A stretch of DNA of 64,000 nt from Promethearchaeota archaeon (lineage in GTDB: Archaea; Asgardarchaeota; Lokiarchaeia; Sigyniarchaeales; SOKP01). Both the position numbers and the translations under genes were made by a program. The DNA lies in NCBI GenBank assembly GCA_048939995.1, contig JBHLOY010000001.1, positions 288,001-352,000 of the forward strand, read 5' to 3'. Shown here piece after piece: positions 61,133-64,000 of the stretch; the stretch's first letter is position 1, and the number at the start of each line of letters is the position of its first letter. The notes under the pieces are model-generated. The model was not told the origin of the DNA, searched no databases, and saw only the letters and a list, made by a program, of their open reading frames with translations.

Positions 61133-62158
61133 TTAGCTCTTTTTTTTTTCAATTAATATATATTCCTTTCTAGGTTTACCGCTGTCTCCTTTAATTTCGA
61201 TTTCTTTAACTATTCCTTGATTAATGAAATAATTTAATATTTCTCTTAGTTTACCCCCTCCAATTTTTGATTCAATGCTTAATTCTTTTGTTGAGATATT
61301 TTCTTTGTCTTGAATTATATTTAGTACAGTTTGGAAGGGCTCTGGATATTCGATTTTTATTCTTTTTATAATAGTTTTTACTTCAAGATATCGTTTTGAT
61401 TGTTGTACAAAATTACTACCAAAGAATCCATCAAAGTGAAAAATATCATCATTTAAGAAGAGAACTGTGTTGAGATATTTTTCATCTATTAAAAAGACTC
61501 CATTGTTCACTATTAAATCATTATAGCGAACTTGTTGACATGTTCTTTCTTTAACTTGAATTATTTCAATTCTGATTCTCTTAAGAATATCAGTAATTTG
61601 ATCAAAATAATTATTTATTGAATCAAAATCCTCATTAGAAAAATATAGAACTAAATGAATCCCCCTCAAAAATGAATTGTAAAAAGCAGGTTCTAACTTC
61701 TTTAATAAAGTCGGGGGAAGTGCTGACATGTATATTTCATTCCTGCAATTTTCTATTAACTTATAATGATATTCGGCAGCAAGGTTTATATCTGTATAAT
61801 GATAAAATGTTATATTTGCATAACATTTACCCGAGGTACTTTCTTCTGCTTTAATTGTTTCTCCGATCAAACTAATTTGTTCCTTAAATCCTTTGATTCT
61901 TTCGTCCAATAATTTGGTTAAAGCAATCTGAGGATCAATTCTGAAATATTTTTTATTCTTTTCACTTTTAGATGAGAAAATTAGTCCCATATCTTCTAAA
62001 ATTGATAAATTGTAATTAACCTGAGCATATGATAGGTTCAATTTTTCTTTGAATTCAAGAATTGTTCCCGATTTTTCTTCGATTATATAATCATATAATT
62101 GAATCTGAATTTCTGATAATCCGATATCTCTTAGATAACTATGGTAATTTTTAAGCAT
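61133..62158 (-). CDS. TrmB-family transcriptional regulator with additional C-terminal winged HTH
   Basis: L..IGLS..Q..LY, V.Y.L..LE..GLI, Y..IDP; C-terminal ISTKELS...GIV...GKPRKEY. Confidence 0.8.
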   Translation of the reverse strand: MLKNYHSYLRDIGLSEIQIQLYDYIIEEKSGTILEFKEKLNLSYAQVNYNLSILEDMGLIFSSKSEKNKKYFRIDPQIALTKLLDERIKGFKEQISLIGETIKAEESTSGKCYANITFYHYTDINLAAEYHYKLIENCRNEIYMSALPPTLLKKLEPAFYNSFLRGIHLVLYFSNEDFDSINNYFDQITDILKRIRIEIIQVKERTCQQVRYNDLIVNNGVFLIDEKYLNTVLFLNDDIFHFDGFFGSNFVQQSKRYLEVKTIIKRIKIEYPEPFQTVLNIIQDKENISTKELSIESKIGGGKLREILNYFINQGIVKEIEIKGDSGKPRKEYILIEKKKS

Positions 62159-62318
62159 TTTTATAATTATTACTCTCTGGCTATCTAATTATTATGTGAC
62201 ACAATTAAAAAGTAATTTCTAAAATATATTGGTTATTTATGGTGTTAAATACACTTCTCAAATAACACAAAAACAATTAAAATTGAAAAATAATAAAAAT
62301 TTAATGAGGTGATATTTT

Positions 62319-62450
62319 TTGGCTCAATGTAAAGATTGTAAATTTTATAAACCAATAAATGATACTAAAGGAGACTGTTTTGGTCATGAGGTTCCTGCGA
62401 CACTTGATACAAATAATTGCCCTACAAATAGTTTTCAACCAAGAGACTAG
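62319..62450 (+). CDS. Unannotated 43-aa four-Cys protein, HpdC/BssC-like Fe-S miniprotein
   Basis: TTG start after GAGGTGA; MAQCKDCKFYKPINDTKGDCFGHEVPATLDTNNCPTNSFQPRD. Confidence 0.8.
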   Translation: MAQCKDCKFYKPINDTKGDCFGHEVPATLDTNNCPTNSFQPRD

Positions 62451-62463
62451 AAGTTGATAAAAA

Positions 62464-63087
62464 ATGACGGTAAAAATAGATTTCAAGAAATCAATGAAAG
62501 AGTTATATCAACCAAGTGCGAAAGAGCCCGTATTGATTCATGTACCAGAAATGCAATTCATAATGATAGAAGGCAAGGGATCTCCAGGCGATTCACAACA
62601 ATATAGTGATGCGATTGGAACGCTATATCCAATAGCATATAAGTTAAAATTCTTAAGTAAAGGGAAGAGTAAAGATTATGTAGTTCCTCCACTTGAAGGT
62701 TTATGGTGGGCTGATGACATGAAAGATTTTATAGAAGGAAATAGGGACAAGTGGAAATGGACAATGATGATTATGACTCCCAAGTGGGTGACCTCGCGAA
62801 TGTATGAGGAAGCAAAGAGATTCGCGTTAGCGAAGAAGTCTGAACTTAAAGAAAGTATTACCAAGGTACGACTTGAGAAATATCATGAAGGTAAATCTGC
62901 ACAAATTATGCACATTGGACCATATTCAGAAGAACATCATACAATTATGAAACTACATAATTATATCAAGGAGCAGGGAGGCAATTTTGATGGTTATAAA
63001 CATAAGCATCATGAAATTTATCTTAGCGATCCAAGAAAGGCTAATCCGGCAACAATGAAAACTATAATAAGACAACCTTTTGAATAA
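62464..63087 (+). CDS. GyrI-like small-molecule-binding domain protein
   Basis: DYVVPPLEGLWW, W.WTMMI, AQIMHIGPYSEE, HHEIYLSDPR, TIIRQP. Confidence 0.9.
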   Translation: MTVKIDFKKSMKELYQPSAKEPVLIHVPEMQFIMIEGKGSPGDSQQYSDAIGTLYPIAYKLKFLSKGKSKDYVVPPLEGLWWADDMKDFIEGNRDKWKWTMMIMTPKWVTSRMYEEAKRFALAKKSELKESITKVRLEKYHEGKSAQIMHIGPYSEEHHTIMKLHNYIKEQGGNFDGYKHKHHEIYLSDPRKANPATMKTIIRQPFE

Positions 63088-63214
63088 ATTTTCTTCTAAA
63101 TTTATCTTATTTTTATTTTTGCAAAATTTTAAACTTCAATTTTACTATTAACTTAAGAAAATAAGAATAGACTCAATTTTTATATGAAATGAGTTCATGA
63201 GAGAGAATTTTAAA

Positions 63215-63601
63215 AGGTGAAAAGGTTTCGAGAAGCTGCAATGACTATCAAAAGGTTTTCCGGACAGCCAAAAGATTATCATTGCGTAGTAATGCTTCCG
63301 TTCCTAGGTCTGGAAATCTCTATGCATGATCGATTTATTAAGTTATGTTGCGTTATGAAAAGAATCTTCATTCATAAGCATAATTGCTTATACCTGTGAA
63401 CGTTCTTATCGTTTGATAATTTTACCAATTCGTTAGAATCGGCAAGATTGAACGTCAAATACAAACTGGAAAGCTTGCATCTTAAGTCCTGATTATGCTT
63501 TTTACACACAACCTCTTTTCATATTGCTATTAACTTTTTTTAGTACCAATGCATTGAGGTTACATTACTGCTTCTCGATGTTCACAGCATTTGATATGAA
63601 C
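63215..63601 (-). ncRNA. Candidate large structured non-coding RNA (~385 nt), family not recognised
   Basis: End-to-end helix, at least 8 further helices with minus-strand G-U pairs, TATA box ~30 nt upstream, U-tracts downstream. Confidence 0.65.
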
Positions 63602-63728
63602 AAGTATTAGTGTGATAAATTTATATTTAAATAAATCTATTAAGGGGTTATTAGTTTACCAACTATATTTGGAAAAATAGGTTTTTTAGTCGACTTATCA
63701 TTCATAGTTAACATTTTCATTAAAATTT

Positions 63729-64000
63729 TTAACCAATAAAACAAGATAAATCTCTTTGAGAAGATTTTTTCCAGTAATCTCGTTTGAGCACTTCTTCAAG
63801 TTCAGGAAATTCGAACGGAAATATATTTTCGAAGGCTCTTTTTAATAGTTCAATATATTTTTTCTTATCGTAGTGATGTATCCGTTTATTATAAAGATCA
63901 GAGATAATAACCTTTCGATCGGGAAAATCTGGGTCGGCATTGGCATTAAGAATTATATACTTTACATTCTTTCCAGGTGTTACTATAGAACCAGATTCTT
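63729..64000 (-). CDS. C-terminus of a family B DNA polymerase (PolB2-like), partial
   Basis: Not in ORF track; ...VTPGKNVKYIILN...HYDKKKYIELLKRAFENIF...SQRDLSCFIG* matches a PolB thumb end plus PIP-like tail. Confidence 0.7.
   Translation of the reverse strand, partial: ESGSIVTPGKNVKYIILNANADPDFPDRKVIISDLYNKRIHHYDKKKYIELLKRAFENIFPFEFPELEEVLKRDYWKKSSQRDLSCFIG

Noticed and set aside
1007-62864. Short ORF-track entries overlapping longer genes (e.g. 1562-1819, 4092-4514, 16347-16532, 21373-21621, 30252-30524, 46777-47037, 54915-55103, 62301-62486)
   Set aside because: Antisense or out-of-frame shadows of well-supported genes
63275-63320. SRP RNA helix-8-like CAGACC...GGAAGCA, plus an Alu-like UGUAACC at ~63564-63558, in the ncRNA candidate
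   Set aside because: The loop is 7 nt rather than a GNRA tetraloop, and I could not build helix 6 or the long helix 5; not called SRP, though an Rfam scan should confirm
63217-63399. 60-aa plus-strand ORF in the ORF track
   Set aside because: No recognisable motifs; lies antisense to the structured RNA candidate, whose G-U pattern favours the minus strand
63240-63495. Group I intron-like GACU / GAUAGUC (P7-like) words
   Set aside because: No room for P9 or a terminal G after the S-like word, no interrupted host gene, and GAUAGUC has a better local partner
1-64000. Selenoprotein (in-frame UGA + SECIS), CRISPR array, transposase/integrase, rRNA
   Set aside because: Looked for because Lokiarchaeia are known to use selenocysteine; I found no UGA at a conserved Cys position and none of the other elements by eye

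Overview
AT-rich, gene-dense archaeal chromosomal segment, most likely from an Asgard archaeon of the Lokiarchaeia type. The assignment is inferred from gene content: Alba, archaeal ACDS subunits cdhB/cdhC with cooT, tetraether lipid synthase Tes, a B1-type PolB, two Ras/Rab-like small GTPases, and many acyl-CoA and lipid catabolism genes. There is one tRNA-Thr(UGU) with a non-canonical intron. I saw no CRISPR array, rRNA or transposase. The main unexplained signals are: (1) a ~385-nt highly base-paired minus-strand RNA candidate with its own TATA box, just downstream of a partial PolB-family gene (63.2-63.6 kb); (2) a ~235-nt bistable leader in front of a 61-aa ORF (49.9-50.2 kb); (3) a 2826-aa almost entirely hydrophobic membrane protein with ~128/256-aa internal repeats; (4) a small GTPase plus Zn-finger/TPR/longin-like protein pair; (5) two genes that appear to need non-AUG/GUG/UUG starts; and (6) several small ORFs missed by the ORF track, including an HpdC/BssC-like 4-Cys miniprotein. 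All family calls are from motif recognition by eye; no searches or folding programs were run.
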